NCBI GenBank assembly: GCA_034660395.1
Contig: JAYEJA010000064.1
Location: 1-56,651, forward strand
Source of the DNA: Actinomycetota bacterium
GTDB lineage: Bacteria; Actinomycetota; Humimicrobiia; Humimicrobiales; Humimicrobiaceae
DNA: 56,651 bases
Direction: 5' to 3'
This document shows positions 37,828-48,266 of the stretch, piece after piece. Both the position numbers and the translations under genes were made by a program. Below the pieces are notes generated by a model. That model was not told the DNA's origin. It ran no database searches and saw only the letters and a program-made list of their open reading frames with translations. Positions within the stretch are counted from its first letter, which is position 1, and each line of letters begins with the position of its first letter.

Positions 37828-39324
37828 TTACCCTGAGTCCTTTTTACCGGCCATCTTCCATATGGTGCCTTCTTTCCTATCCTCCAGTAATATATCCCTG
37901 TCTTTTAAATAAGCCCTTATTTCATCAGCTTTTTCATAATCTCCTGATTCCCTTGCAGACTCCCTCTCCTTTATTTTATTTTCTATTTCTACTCTTGATA
38001 TACCTTCGCCTGTTTCCCCTATTGCTCCCGTACCTTCAAGATTACTTTTAAAATTAAATCCAAAAATTGCTCCAAGCTCTTTTATCCTGCCGTAAGCACC
38101 GGCAAGACTATTTCTGATAGATCCATTAATTTCAAAGTCAGGTTTCTGTATCACATTATTTATATTTTTTACAAATTCAAAAATATCTCCTATTGCCTTA
38201 GCCGAATTAAAATCATCATCCATCGAGCTTCTAAAGTCACTTTCAAATTTTTCAGTGAGTAAATTGAATTTTGACGCAACCCCGTCTACTGTCTTTCCTT
38301 CCGCTCCTGCTTGATAGCTATCCCCACCTACAAGAAATTCTAAATTTTTCAATGTATTTTTGATTTTCTCAAACGCCTTTTCCGCTTCATCCAGTTTTTC
38401 CATGCTAAACTCCAGAGGGCTTCTGTAGTGAGTGGATAAAACATACATTTTTATTACATTGGCAGAGTAAACCTTAAGCAGATTCCTCAATATCCAGTTT
38501 TTCTTTAAACCACTAGATTTTGACATCTTCTCTTCTTTTACTTCAATCATCCCGTTATGCATCCAGTATTTTACAAAATCACCTTTACCCGGAAAGGCGG
38601 ATTCCGACTGTACAATTTCATTTTCATGGTGGGGAAAAACCAGGTCTATTCCTCCCCCGTGTATGTCAATATTAGCGGCAAGCAATGTAGTCGCCATCGC
38701 AGAGCATTCAATATGCCAGCCCGGCCTGCCCTTACCCCAGGGGCTTTCCCATGACGGCTCTCCCTCTTTCGCTTTCTTCCATAAAGTAAAATCGATTTTC
38801 TTTCTCTTATTAAGACTTTCTTCCCCGCTACCCCTCATTTCATCTATATTCTGGCCTGACAACTTTCCATAACCGGAAAACTTACTCACTTCAAAATAAA
38901 CATTACCGTCAACCACATATCCATAGCCGTTCTCAATAATCCTTTCTACAATATCGATTATCTCGGTTATCATCTCGGTAGCCAGAGGCATCTTGCTGAA
39001 TCCTCCTATCTCAAGGTTTTTCAATTCCTCCATAAAGGCATTAATATATCTTGAAGTTATTACCCTGTAGTCAACTTTTTCATCCTGCGCCTTTTTTATT
39101 ATCTTGTCTTCTATATCGGTAATATTCTGGACATATTCTACATTATATCCAATATACTGTAGATAATTCCTTACCATATTAAAAACAATAACCGGTCTTG
39201 CATTACCTATGGATATATAATTATAAACGGTGGGGCCGCACACATACATCCTGACCCTGCCTTCATTTATTGGTTCAAATAACTGCTTTTCCCTCTTCAG
39301 AGTATTGTATACTTTTAAACTCAC
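37828..39324 (-). CDS. cysS: Cysteine--tRNA ligase
   Basis: YVCGPTVY, GRPGWHIECS, FPHHENE, KMSKS. Start GTG39324 after SD AGGAGG. Confidence 0.97.
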   Translation of the reverse strand: MSLKVYNTLKREKQLFEPINEGRVRMYVCGPTVYNYISIGNARPVIVFNMVRNYLQYIGYNVEYVQNITDIEDKIIKKAQDEKVDYRVITSRYINAFMEELKNLEIGGFSKMPLATEMITEIIDIVERIIENGYGYVVDGNVYFEVSKFSGYGKLSGQNIDEMRGSGEESLNKRKKIDFTLWKKAKEGEPSWESPWGKGRPGWHIECSAMATTLLAANIDIHGGGIDLVFPHHENEIVQSESAFPGKGDFVKYWMHNGMIEVKEEKMSKSSGLKKNWILRNLLKVYSANVIKMYVLSTHYRSPLEFSMEKLDEAEKAFEKIKNTLKNLEFLVGGDSYQAGAEGKTVDGVASKFNLLTEKFESDFRSSMDDDFNSAKAIGDIFEFVKNINNVIQKPDFEINGSIRNSLAGAYGRIKELGAIFGFNFKSNLEGTGAIGETGEGISRVEIENKIKERESARESGDYEKADEIRAYLKDRDILLEDRKEGTIWKMAGKKDSG

Positions 39325-39390
39325 CAGTATCCTCCTGACCATATTGTTCACTTGATTTTACTAATTCCGCAGCAGTAATACTATAATCTA

Positions 39391-40053
39391 TCAGTTTTCT
39401 TTATTTTCCTCTTTTTTTATTTTTTTTATTTCTTTTTCAAGAAAATCTATCCTGGCGCGGCAGTCACTTAAAAGCTCACTTACAGGGTCAGGCAGATTCA
39501 TCCTGTGAAATTCATCTGAAAGAACCTTCTCGCCTCTTACCTTAACTATCCTTCCGGGAACTCCCACCACCGTACATTTATCAGGAACCGATTTAATTAC
39601 AACCGCTCCAGAGCCGATAATAACATTATTTCCAATCTCAATTGACCCGAGAATCTTTGCTCCGGCAGATATGACCACATTGTTTCCAATCGTGGGATGA
39701 CGTTTCCCCTGTTCCTTACCCGTTCCGCCCAGGGTTACTCCCTGATACAAAGTTACATCATCCCCAATTTCAGAAGTTTCACCTATGACCACGCCCATAC
39801 CATGGTCAATAAAAAACCTCTTTCCTATTACTGCTGCCGGATGTATTTCCACACCGGTTAAAAACCTGCTGTACTGTGATATCCATCTGGGTATAAAGGG
39901 TATCTTATGCCTGTAGAGCCAGTGAGCAATCCTGTGATTTAAAACTGCATGAACCCCCGAATAAGTAAAAAGTATTTCGGCAGTGCTTACCGCAGCCGGG
40001 TCATTTTCTTTTGCAGATTTTACGAGTTCTTTTATCTCTGCTATTAATCCCAT
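39391..40053 (-). CDS. cysE: Serine O-acetyltransferase
   Basis: [29 protein letters not shown]. Confidence 0.96.
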   Translation of the reverse strand: MGLIAEIKELVKSAKENDPAAVSTAEILFTYSGVHAVLNHRIAHWLYRHKIPFIPRWISQYSRFLTGVEIHPAAVIGKRFFIDHGMGVVIGETSEIGDDVTLYQGVTLGGTGKEQGKRHPTIGNNVVISAGAKILGSIEIGNNVIIGSGAVVIKSVPDKCTVVGVPGRIVKVRGEKVLSDEFHRMNLPDPVSELLSDCRARIDFLEKEIKKIKKEENKEN

Positions 40054-40108
40054 AAATTTTTACCTTTTATTATTTTTATTTTATATTTTACGTATAATCT
40101 CTTTATAT

Positions 40109-41596
40109 TTAAATATTTCTTTTTATATATTCTAAAGTCTGCCTTGCTCTTTGTATACATGTTTCCGCGCCCAACATTGAAATAACCCCCGGCAGTTCAG
40201 GTCCGTGTGTTTTACCTGTAACAGAAACCCTTATTGGCATGTACAGGTATTTTCCTTTTATCTTAAGCCCTTTTGACTTTTCCTTTATGCCGTTTATAAG
40301 ATTTTTACTTTTTTCCTCATTTAAATCCATATCCTTTATGTTGTCAAAAGTTTTCCCTTCATTTTCCAGCTCCTCCAGAAAATTTTCAATTACAATTTTA
40401 GATGTACCCACCCTTAAAATTTCTACTGCCTCACCGCTGTATTTAGTAATTTTTTCCGTCAGATAATCCTTTATATAACCGGGGAAATCGCTTAAAACCT
40501 TCAAGTTATCCTTAAATGATTTTACTCCCCTGTAAATCTTATCCATAACTGCCTTATTTTTTATATCTCTTTTACTTATCACTTTTTCCCTGATTAAGAA
40601 CGGCAGACAAAGTTCAACCAGCTCTCCAGCAGTTTTTCTCCTCATATGAATTCCGTTAAACCATTTTAATTTATTTATATCGAATACAGCAGGGCTTTTT
40701 GATATATCAGAAATCTTAAACCTGCCTCCAACATCATTTATACCGAATACCTCCCTGCCTTCCCCCGGAGACCAGGAAAGCATTGAAAGATAATTGGCCA
40801 AAGCTTCTGCCAGGTACCCGCCTTCCCTGAACTGGGTAATTGTTGTAGCTCCATGCCTCTTGCTTAATTTAGACCCATCTTCACCAAGTATCATCGACAG
40901 ATGAGCAAAATAAGGCAGATTAAATCCAAGACTTTTAAATAACAAAACCTGCCTTGCAGTATTTGTCAGATGGTCTTCGCCCCTTATAACATGGGTTATT
41001 TTCATATCCCCATCATCCACTACTACGGCAAAGTTATAGGAAGGAGTACCGTCAGATTTAATTATTATAAAATCCCCTATGACATCGGATTTAAATCTTA
41101 TTTTACCTCTTGCCAAATCATTAAAAATAATTTCATTATCATCATCAACTTTAAATCTTATCGTAAACCTTTTACCTTCACTTAAATTTTTTTTAATTTC
41201 ATCTTCACCAAGGCTTCTGCAGCGATTGTCATATTTTGAAATTTTCCCTGAAGCATACTGGCTTGCCCTGAGTTTCTCCAATCTCGCAGGGGAACAAAAA
41301 CACCTGTAAGCTTTTTTTTCTTTTAAAAGCCTCCCGGCAAACTCCTGATATTTTTTAATTCTTTCACTCTGCCTGTAGAACTCATCCCACCCGAGTCCGA
41401 GCCATTTTAAATCATTTACTATTGATTTCTCATGTTCACGGTTTGACCTCTTTACATCGGTATCTTCAATCCTTAAAATAAACTTTCCATTCATGCCCCT
41501 TGCAGCCAGCCAGTTAAAAAGTGCAGTTCTCGCAGTTCCTATATGAAGACCGCCTGTAGGAGACGGCGCAAACCTAAAACGCGGTACCATTCTCAC
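40109..41596 (-). CDS. gltX: Glutamate--tRNA ligase
   Basis: RFAPSPTG.LHIG, LRIEDTD, HVIRGEDH, KLSKR. Confidence 0.96.
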   Translation of the reverse strand: MRMVPRFRFAPSPTGGLHIGTARTALFNWLAARGMNGKFILRIEDTDVKRSNREHEKSIVNDLKWLGLGWDEFYRQSERIKKYQEFAGRLLKEKKAYRCFCSPARLEKLRASQYASGKISKYDNRCRSLGEDEIKKNLSEGKRFTIRFKVDDDNEIIFNDLARGKIRFKSDVIGDFIIIKSDGTPSYNFAVVVDDGDMKITHVIRGEDHLTNTARQVLLFKSLGFNLPYFAHLSMILGEDGSKLSKRHGATTITQFREGGYLAEALANYLSMLSWSPGEGREVFGINDVGGRFKISDISKSPAVFDINKLKWFNGIHMRRKTAGELVELCLPFLIREKVISKRDIKNKAVMDKIYRGVKSFKDNLKVLSDFPGYIKDYLTEKITKYSGEAVEILRVGTSKIVIENFLEELENEGKTFDNIKDMDLNEEKSKNLINGIKEKSKGLKIKGKYLYMPIRVSVTGKTHGPELPGVISMLGAETCIQRARQTLEYIKRNI

Positions 41597-41654
41597 TCCA
41601 TTACCCCATATTTATAATTTACCTGAGTCAGGTACTTATTATTAAAATATTACC

Positions 41655-42122
41655 CTACCCCAGCATAACAACGCACTCTGCGGCAATTCCTTCTTTCCGC
41701 CCGCAAAATCCAAGGCCTTCCGTAGTGGTTGCTTTTATATTTATATCTTTTTCACTAATCTTTAAAACTCCCGCAATGTTTTTTCTCATCTGCGGTATAT
41801 ATCCCGATACTTTTGGTTCCTGCATAATTAAAGTCGCATCAATATTTACAATTTTGAAATTTTTTTCTTCCATTTTTTTTCTTACTTCTTCCAGCAGGAC
41901 CATACTCGATATATCCTTATATTTTATATCGTTATCCGGAAAATGGACCCCTATATCCCCGAGGCCGCATCCACCCAGTATTGCATCCATTAAAGCGTGA
42001 AGGAGAACATCGGCATCGGAATAACCGTCAAGCCCTTCAGGATATCCTATATTTACTCCTCCCAGTATTAACTTTCTGCCTTTTTTAAACTTATGCACAT
42101 CAAATCCCAATCCAGCCCTCAT
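41655..42122 (-). CDS. ispF: 2-C-methyl-D-erythritol 2,4-cyclodiphosphate synthase
   Basis: GFDVH, SDADVLLHA, DIGVHFP, KATTTEGLG. Confidence 0.95.
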   Translation of the reverse strand: MRAGLGFDVHKFKKGRKLILGGVNIGYPEGLDGYSDADVLLHALMDAILGGCGLGDIGVHFPDNDIKYKDISSMVLLEEVRKKMEEKNFKIVNIDATLIMQEPKVSGYIPQMRKNIAGVLKISEKDINIKATTTEGLGFCGRKEGIAAECVVMLG

Positions 42123-42127
42123 AAGTA

Positions 42128-42871
42128 TTATCCTTTCTTTCTCTTATTCATTTTCAAGGGATATTTTGCTATATTTCTGGTCATGGCAAGTTCCGCCAGA
42201 AACAGGTCCAGCGGAGTTGTAATCTTTATATTCTCATGCCTCCCCCTTACCACACAAATTTTCAGATTCAGCCTTTCAAGCAGCGAGGCATCGTCCGTAC
42301 CTATAAAGTTATCTTCTATGGCCTTATTATGCGCCTTTAAAATATCCTCATAAAAAAAAACCTGAGGTGTCTGGGCATGCCAGACTGTTTCCCTCGGTAC
42401 AGTCTTTTTAATAAGGTTATTGTCTACTATTTTTACAGTCTCCATAACAGATGCCGCCATTATAGCTCCCCTGATTCTTTTATCCTTTCTGCTTTCCCTG
42501 AGCAGTGTATTAATTAAAAGGTCAATTTCCTGAGAAGTAATAAGGGGCCTTACACCATCATGGATAGATACTATCCTGGAAGACCGGGGTAGTGCTTTGA
42601 GCGCGTTATAGACAGATTCCTGCCTGCTTCTGCCGCCAATTATAAGCTTCTTTACTTTATTAAAAGAGTATTTGTCAATTATTTTTTTCCGGCATAAATC
42701 CAGATAATATTTTGGGACTGAAACATAGATTTGCCTTATCTTTAAAGAGTTCTGGAAAGCATTTATAGTATGCGCCAGTATCGGCCTGCCGTAAATATCC
42801 ATAAACTGCTTATTGATATTACTCTTTAATCTTGTACCCTCCCCGGCTGCTGTAATTACCGCTACATTCAT
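42128..42871 (-). CDS. ispD: 2-C-methyl-D-erythritol 4-phosphate cytidylyltransferase
   Basis: AAGEGTR..KQF, HDGVRP, AQTPQ, TDDA, NIKITT. Confidence 0.95.
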   Translation of the reverse strand: MNVAVITAAGEGTRLKSNINKQFMDIYGRPILAHTINAFQNSLKIRQIYVSVPKYYLDLCRKKIIDKYSFNKVKKLIIGGRSRQESVYNALKALPRSSRIVSIHDGVRPLITSQEIDLLINTLLRESRKDKRIRGAIMAASVMETVKIVDNNLIKKTVPRETVWHAQTPQVFFYEDILKAHNKAIEDNFIGTDDASLLERLNLKICVVRGRHENIKITTPLDLFLAELAMTRNIAKYPLKMNKRKKG

Positions 42872-42958
42872 AAATTATTATAACTAGTATTTTTTTTGAA
42901 GAAACTTTTTAAAAGAAGAACTCTAAATTTAAAAAACTATAACATATTTCCGGTAATG

Positions 42959-44065
42959 CTACATTTTGATTTTTGGGATTACTCCTCCTTTTCCAGTATA
43001 CAGCTCATTATATAAATAGTACTCTGAAAATTTCTTTAACTTATCATATAGCGACCTGGCCCTATTTTTTCCCATACCTGAAACTTTAGATAATTCTTCT
43101 ATGCTTGCATTTAATATATTTCTCAAATCACCAAATTCCTCAACCAGGCCAATTACTACCTTGTGCGGAAATCTCCTTACCTCGGTAATGATTCTTAAAC
43201 CTCTTGGATGCATATCAAGCTCTCTTAAACTGCCTTCAACTCCATAACCCAAAAATTTCGCAATCTTTCCCAGCTCAAGAAGTTGCTTTTCGCTCAAGGA
43301 ATTGATCTTATCTTTTATCTCTGAAGGTTCAGCATCAACTCCTGTTTTTACATAGTCACTAATGATATTTAAAGAATTACCTTCCACATTTGCCATCAGC
43401 TCATCGACCTGCATATTTAGAAGTCTTCCTTCCACCCCCAGCTCGTATATATACTTCTTGACTTCCTTTTCCGTCCTCTGTACTATACTTGACCTCTGCA
43501 GTATGGCAACTACATCAAAAAGGGTAACTATATCCTCCAGTTCCTTTACCGTAAGGTTAAATGTAAGCTTATCCAATCCTTCTTTGTATTTCTCAAGTGT
43601 CTGCAGTGCCTGATTCGCCTTGGACAGAATAACCCTTGATTCTTCAAGCATATACCTTATATCACCTTTATAGATGGTTACTACATCCCTCTTCATAGAA
43701 ATGGAAATAACCAGGGTATTGGTCTGTTTCGCCACTCTCTCTGCAGTCCTGTGTCTTGTTCCTGTTTCGAAAGTCTTAATATTGGGATCCGGGAAAAGAT
43801 GCGTATTGGCATACAAAATACGCTTGCCGTCAGAACTTAATATAATTGCTCCATCCATCTTTGCAAGTTCATAGAATTTGGCAGGTGTAAAACTACACCC
43901 AATATAGAACCCTCCATTGACAAGCTTCAGTACCTCTTCTGAATCTCCAATTACTATCAGGCCCCCTGTTCTTCCCTGAAGTATGTACTCAATACCCAAT
44001 CTAAGGTCACTGCCGGGAGCTATCTTTTTCAGGCAATCTATTAATAGTTCTTCTTTTTTATTCAT
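42959..44065 (-). CDS. disA: DNA integrity scanning diadenylate cyclase DisA
   Basis: ELAKMDGA, ETGTRHRTAER, C-terminal HhH. Confidence 0.95.
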   Translation of the reverse strand: MNKKEELLIDCLKKIAPGSDLRLGIEYILQGRTGGLIVIGDSEEVLKLVNGGFYIGCSFTPAKFYELAKMDGAIILSSDGKRILYANTHLFPDPNIKTFETGTRHRTAERVAKQTNTLVISISMKRDVVTIYKGDIRYMLEESRVILSKANQALQTLEKYKEGLDKLTFNLTVKELEDIVTLFDVVAILQRSSIVQRTEKEVKKYIYELGVEGRLLNMQVDELMANVEGNSLNIISDYVKTGVDAEPSEIKDKINSLSEKQLLELGKIAKFLGYGVEGSLRELDMHPRGLRIITEVRRFPHKVVIGLVEEFGDLRNILNASIEELSKVSGMGKNRARSLYDKLKKFSEYYLYNELYTGKGGVIPKIKM

Positions 44066-44082
44066 TGATTACTCTTATGGCT

Positions 44083-46548
44083 CTAAACTTTTAAAACACT
44101 TCCACGGCTTAATTTCTTTATTTCAAAATTCATTTTCTTATCTTTTGCTCTTACCTCTACCTTTTGCCCGGACTTAACTTCACCGCTTATTAACTTTTCA
44201 GAAAGCGGGTTTTCAATCATACTCTGTATGCATCTCCTCATGGGCCTTGCCCCCATTGAAGGGTCATAACCCTTCTTCAGCAGCAGGTCTTTCGCGCTCT
44301 TTTTAAGTTCTATAGTAATACCCTGCAGTTCAAGCTGCTGCTGCAACCTGGACATCATAAGGTCCATAATACTGTAAATCTGCTGTTTTTTCAGTTTATG
44401 GAACACTGTAACCTCGTCTACCCTGTTTAAGAATTCCGGACGGAAAGCTTTTTTAAGCTCGTTCATTACCTTTTCTTTTATTTCATCATATGATAAGTCA
44501 TCCGTATTTATCTTCTTGAATCCCATCGGGGTATTTTTTTGTATTTCCCTTGCCCCCAGATTTGATGTCATTATAATTACGGTATTTTTAAAATCAACCC
44601 TCTTGCCCTGAGAGTCGGTAAGACGTCCGTCCTCAAAAATTTGAAGCAATATATTAAATACGTCTGGATGCGCCTTCTCTATTTCATCAAGAAGTATCAC
44701 GCTATATGGTTTTCTTCTAACAAGCTCGGTCAGCTGGCCTCCTTCATCGTAACCGACATATCCGGGCGGAGAGCCAACCAGCTTTGATACAGAGTGCTTC
44801 TCCATATATTCAGACATATCAATCTGTATTATGGCTTCCTCTTTATCAAACAAAAATTCTGCTATAGTTTTGGCCAGCTCAGTTTTGCCGACTCCCGATG
44901 GTCCTAGGAACATAAAAGAACCAATTGGTCTTTTAGGGTCCTTAATTCCCGAACGTGACCGTCTTATTGCCCTGGAAACAGTTTTAACAGCCTCATCCTG
45001 CCCGACAACTCTCTTGTGCAGTTTATCTTCCATCCTGAGTAATTTGGATGATTCACTTGAAGTTAACTTATAGACAGGGATACCGGTCCAGTTTGATAGC
45101 ACTTCCGTTATTTCACTTTCATTAACGGTCTCCTTACCGGTTTTCCTGGACCTTGTATTAATCTCTTCTATTTTCTTTTTCTCTTTTAGCATTTGCTTTT
45201 CTTTATCACGCAGTTGCGCCGCTTTTTCAAAATCCTGCGACTCTATTGCTTTCTTCTTATCTTTAACTATTTTTTCAATTTTAACCTCAATCTCTTTCAA
45301 ATCAGGTGGCGCGGTAAGAGTCCTTACCCTCACCCGTGACGCCGCTTCATCTACCAGGTCTATCGCTTTATCAGGTAAAAACCTGTCACTGATATAACGG
45401 TGGGACAGCTTCGCTGCTGCAACTATTGATTCTTCATCTATGCTCAGGTTATGGAACAATTCATATCTATTTTTAAGCCCCCTTAATATTTCTATAGTCT
45501 CATATACCGTGGGTTCATTTATAAAAATTGGCTGGAACCTTCTTTCAAGCGCCTTATCTTTTTCAACATATTTCCTGTATTCATTTATCGTGGTGGCACC
45601 AACCGCCTGTATCTCACCCCTTGCAAGCATTGGTTTCAATATGCTTGCGGCGTCTATAGCTCCTTCGGCAGCACCTGCGCCTACCAGGGTATGGACCTCA
45701 TCAATAAAAAGTATAATTTCCCCGTCATTTTTTATCTCTGACAGGACTTTTTTTAATCTTTCCTCAAAATCTCCCCTGTACCTCGAGCCTGCAATTAAAG
45801 CTCCCAGGTCAAGTGTAAATATTCTCTTGTTAACAAGATTTGAGGGGACCTTTTTGGAATATATAAACTGCGCCAATCCCTCAACGATAGCCGTTTTGCC
45901 TACCCCTGATTCACCAATAAGTATCGTATTATTCTTGGTTCTTCTGGAGAGTATCTGAATTATTCTGTCAATCTCTTTTCTTCTTCCAATCAGCGGGTCA
46001 AGTTTGTCTTCCTTTGCCAGCAGCGTTAGATTCTTCCCATACCGGGCAAGCATTTTAAGGGATTTATTTTGATTTTTTTTAGTTATGTTCTTCTCAGAGT
46101 CTGCATAATAGGGCTGATTATCAAGTATTTCCTTTACTTTCTCTTTTACGATATTAAGAGTCATCCCAAGACTGTTTAGAACCCTTGCCGCTACACCTTC
46201 ACCTTCTCTAAGCAGTCCTAAAAGTACATGCTCCGTACCGATATAATTATGGCCCATCTGGAGAGCTTCTCTTAAAGACAGCTCCAGAACCTTCTTTGCT
46301 CTTGGTGTAAAAGGTATATGATCATAAGACTCAGAAGTTCCCTCGGTAACTACTTCCTTTACGGCATTTCTGATTTCTTCAACAGACAAATTCAGCTCAT
46401 AAAAAACCCTGGCCGCAATTCCTTCCTTTTCATCAATTAAACCAAGCAGTATATGCTCTGTACCGATATAGTTCTGCTTCAAGAACCTTGCTTCATCCTG
46501 AGCTTTAACCACTACTTTTCTCGCTCTTTCTGTAAATCTCTCAAACAT
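44083..46548 (-). CDS. clpC: ATP-dependent Clp protease ATP-binding subunit ClpC
   Basis: MFERFTERAR N-domain repeats, two AAA modules (GESGVGKT, GPSGVGKT), UVR middle domain, MGF ClpP-docking loop. Confidence 0.97.
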   Translation of the reverse strand: MFERFTERARKVVVKAQDEARFLKQNYIGTEHILLGLIDEKEGIAARVFYELNLSVEEIRNAVKEVVTEGTSESYDHIPFTPRAKKVLELSLREALQMGHNYIGTEHVLLGLLREGEGVAARVLNSLGMTLNIVKEKVKEILDNQPYYADSEKNITKKNQNKSLKMLARYGKNLTLLAKEDKLDPLIGRRKEIDRIIQILSRRTKNNTILIGESGVGKTAIVEGLAQFIYSKKVPSNLVNKRIFTLDLGALIAGSRYRGDFEERLKKVLSEIKNDGEIILFIDEVHTLVGAGAAEGAIDAASILKPMLARGEIQAVGATTINEYRKYVEKDKALERRFQPIFINEPTVYETIEILRGLKNRYELFHNLSIDEESIVAAAKLSHRYISDRFLPDKAIDLVDEAASRVRVRTLTAPPDLKEIEVKIEKIVKDKKKAIESQDFEKAAQLRDKEKQMLKEKKKIEEINTRSRKTGKETVNESEITEVLSNWTGIPVYKLTSSESSKLLRMEDKLHKRVVGQDEAVKTVSRAIRRSRSGIKDPKRPIGSFMFLGPSGVGKTELAKTIAEFLFDKEEAIIQIDMSEYMEKHSVSKLVGSPPGYVGYDEGGQLTELVRRKPYSVILLDEIEKAHPDVFNILLQIFEDGRLTDSQGKRVDFKNTVIIMTSNLGAREIQKNTPMGFKKINTDDLSYDEIKEKVMNELKKAFRPEFLNRVDEVTVFHKLKKQQIYSIMDLMMSRLQQQLELQGITIELKKSAKDLLLKKGYDPSMGARPMRRCIQSMIENPLSEKLISGEVKSGQKVEVRAKDKKMNFEIKKLSRGSVLKV

Positions 46549-47628
46549 TTAATCAGCTTCCTTCGTTATCTTTTTTCTTATCATATCAGCTCTTATAGAA
46601 TCAATATAGTCGCTATTAATTTTTCCGCCTAATTCCATATCTATTATAATACGTGAATTACTTATTTTATCTACTAATTCAAAAAAATCAAAGTCACTCA
46701 CGTTATCAATTATATCAAGGTCTACACCTAGCTTTATTACTGATAATAGCTCAAGTGATTCCTCATACGATAATATTTTAGCATACTTTAGCAATCCAAA
46801 GGAACGGTACACATTATCTTTAATCCCCGGAAGATCCTTCTTTTTTAATCGTTCCCTTGCATTTTCTTCTTCTTCAGCTACATTCAAGCAAATTGCTTCA
46901 ACTTCTTCAAGAATATCATCCTCGCTCCTGCCCAGTGTAGATTCATTAAAAATCTCAAACAAATTGCCTGCTGCCTCCGATTGTTCAATAAAATATCCTT
47001 TAACCTGGCACCCGACCCTGCTCATTCTTTTTAATAAATCACTGATTTCAGAGCTTAATACAACAACGGGAAGATGAGCAATAATATGTATTCTTAAAGC
47101 AGTGCCGAGATTAAAAGGACTTGCTGTCAGATACCCAAGATCCTTATCAAAGGCAAAATCAAACTTTTTTTCAAAAATTTTTTCAATTTTTATAACTTCA
47201 TTATATGCCTCATATATATTTAAACCCGGGTATACACTCTGTATATTTATATGATCTTCACTGTTTATAATTACAGCCGATGCCCCTTCCCCATGCGTTC
47301 TATTTCCTGCAAACAGGCCCCGTCCCTGCATATTTCCCGTAAATTCGGTATCAATCATATAATCCCTGAAAAGCAAATCCCTCTGCGAATTTTCAAGATC
47401 TTTAATTCTGTAAAACCTGAAATCCTCAAATTTTTTCATAGAACTTACCTCTTTTTTTACCGCCTCCAGCAATACATTTTTATCACGGCTGCTGCTGGTA
47501 CTGGTAAATTTTCTGCCGGCAATATTTCTTGCCACATTTACTCTGGTCTTTAAAATAATTTTATTTATAAATTCATCCCTGCCGGTATTATTATCAATAA
47601 GATTAAATTTTTTACCTGCCATGCCCAT
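46549..47628 (-). CDS. mcsB: McsB-like ATP:guanido phosphotransferase (divergent active site)
   Basis: ARN, EDH, GYLT..P.NLGT.LR and HLP motifs; located between mcsA and clpC. Confidence 0.85.
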   Translation of the reverse strand: MGMAGKKFNLIDNNTGRDEFINKIILKTRVNVARNIAGRKFTSTSSSRDKNVLLEAVKKEVSSMKKFEDFRFYRIKDLENSQRDLLFRDYMIDTEFTGNMQGRGLFAGNRTHGEGASAVIINSEDHINIQSVYPGLNIYEAYNEVIKIEKIFEKKFDFAFDKDLGYLTASPFNLGTALRIHIIAHLPVVVLSSEISDLLKRMSRVGCQVKGYFIEQSEAAGNLFEIFNESTLGRSEDDILEEVEAICLNVAEEEENARERLKKKDLPGIKDNVYRSFGLLKYAKILSYEESLELLSVIKLGVDLDIIDNVSDFDFFELVDKISNSRIIIDMELGGKINSDYIDSIRADMIRKKITKEAD

Positions 47629-48154
47629 TTATACTCTTCTCCAGTTTTTTTATTTTATCCCTTATTCTGGCTGCTTCCTCGAAGTTTTCAATGATTACCT
47701 CGTTTTTGAGTTTATTTTTAAGGCTTTTTATACTCTTTTCAATCCTGATTTTTTTACTTGTTCTCAGGGGTATTTTGCCTTTACTCTCCAGACTTCCCTG
47801 TATATTTTTTATTAAAGGAAGGAGGGCCTTGCCAAGTTCACTGTAACAATTACTGCATCCTGCCAGCCCGGTTTTCTTAATAGTTTTTAAATCAATTCCG
47901 CAATCAGGACATTGCCTGTTGTTTCTATAACTCAAATTACCCCATACTTTCTTAACTCTATCTGTAATATCTTTACTGCCTGCACCAAACAATTTATAGA
48001 TAATTTCAGGGAGGTCCTTATAGAAATCTTTATCGCTGTGCAAAGAAAATTTCTCTGCACACTCATCACATATATTTATTCTTTCTATCCTGTTATCCTG
48101 GATTTTTATTAAATAAATCGTAGCTTTATTTTTATTACAGAAATCGCACTTCAT
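47612..48154 (-). CDS. mcsA: McsA (CxxC motifs plus UVR domain)
   Basis: CDFC, CDEC, CPDC, GCSNCY, ENFEEAARIRD. Confidence 0.9.
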   Translation of the reverse strand: MKCDFCNKNKATIYLIKIQDNRIERINICDECAEKFSLHSDKDFYKDLPEIIYKLFGAGSKDITDRVKKVWGNLSYRNNRQCPDCGIDLKTIKKTGLAGCSNCYSELGKALLPLIKNIQGSLESKGKIPLRTSKKIRIEKSIKSLKNKLKNEVIIENFEEAARIRDKIKKLEKSINGHGR

Positions 48155-48266
48155 ATATAACCACCACTGTAATAATATTTATTTAGTATTTTATAAAGAA
48201 AATTATATCATCTTTTCTATAAGAATGGGCACATATAACATGAAATACATTATATGCTGTTTATTC

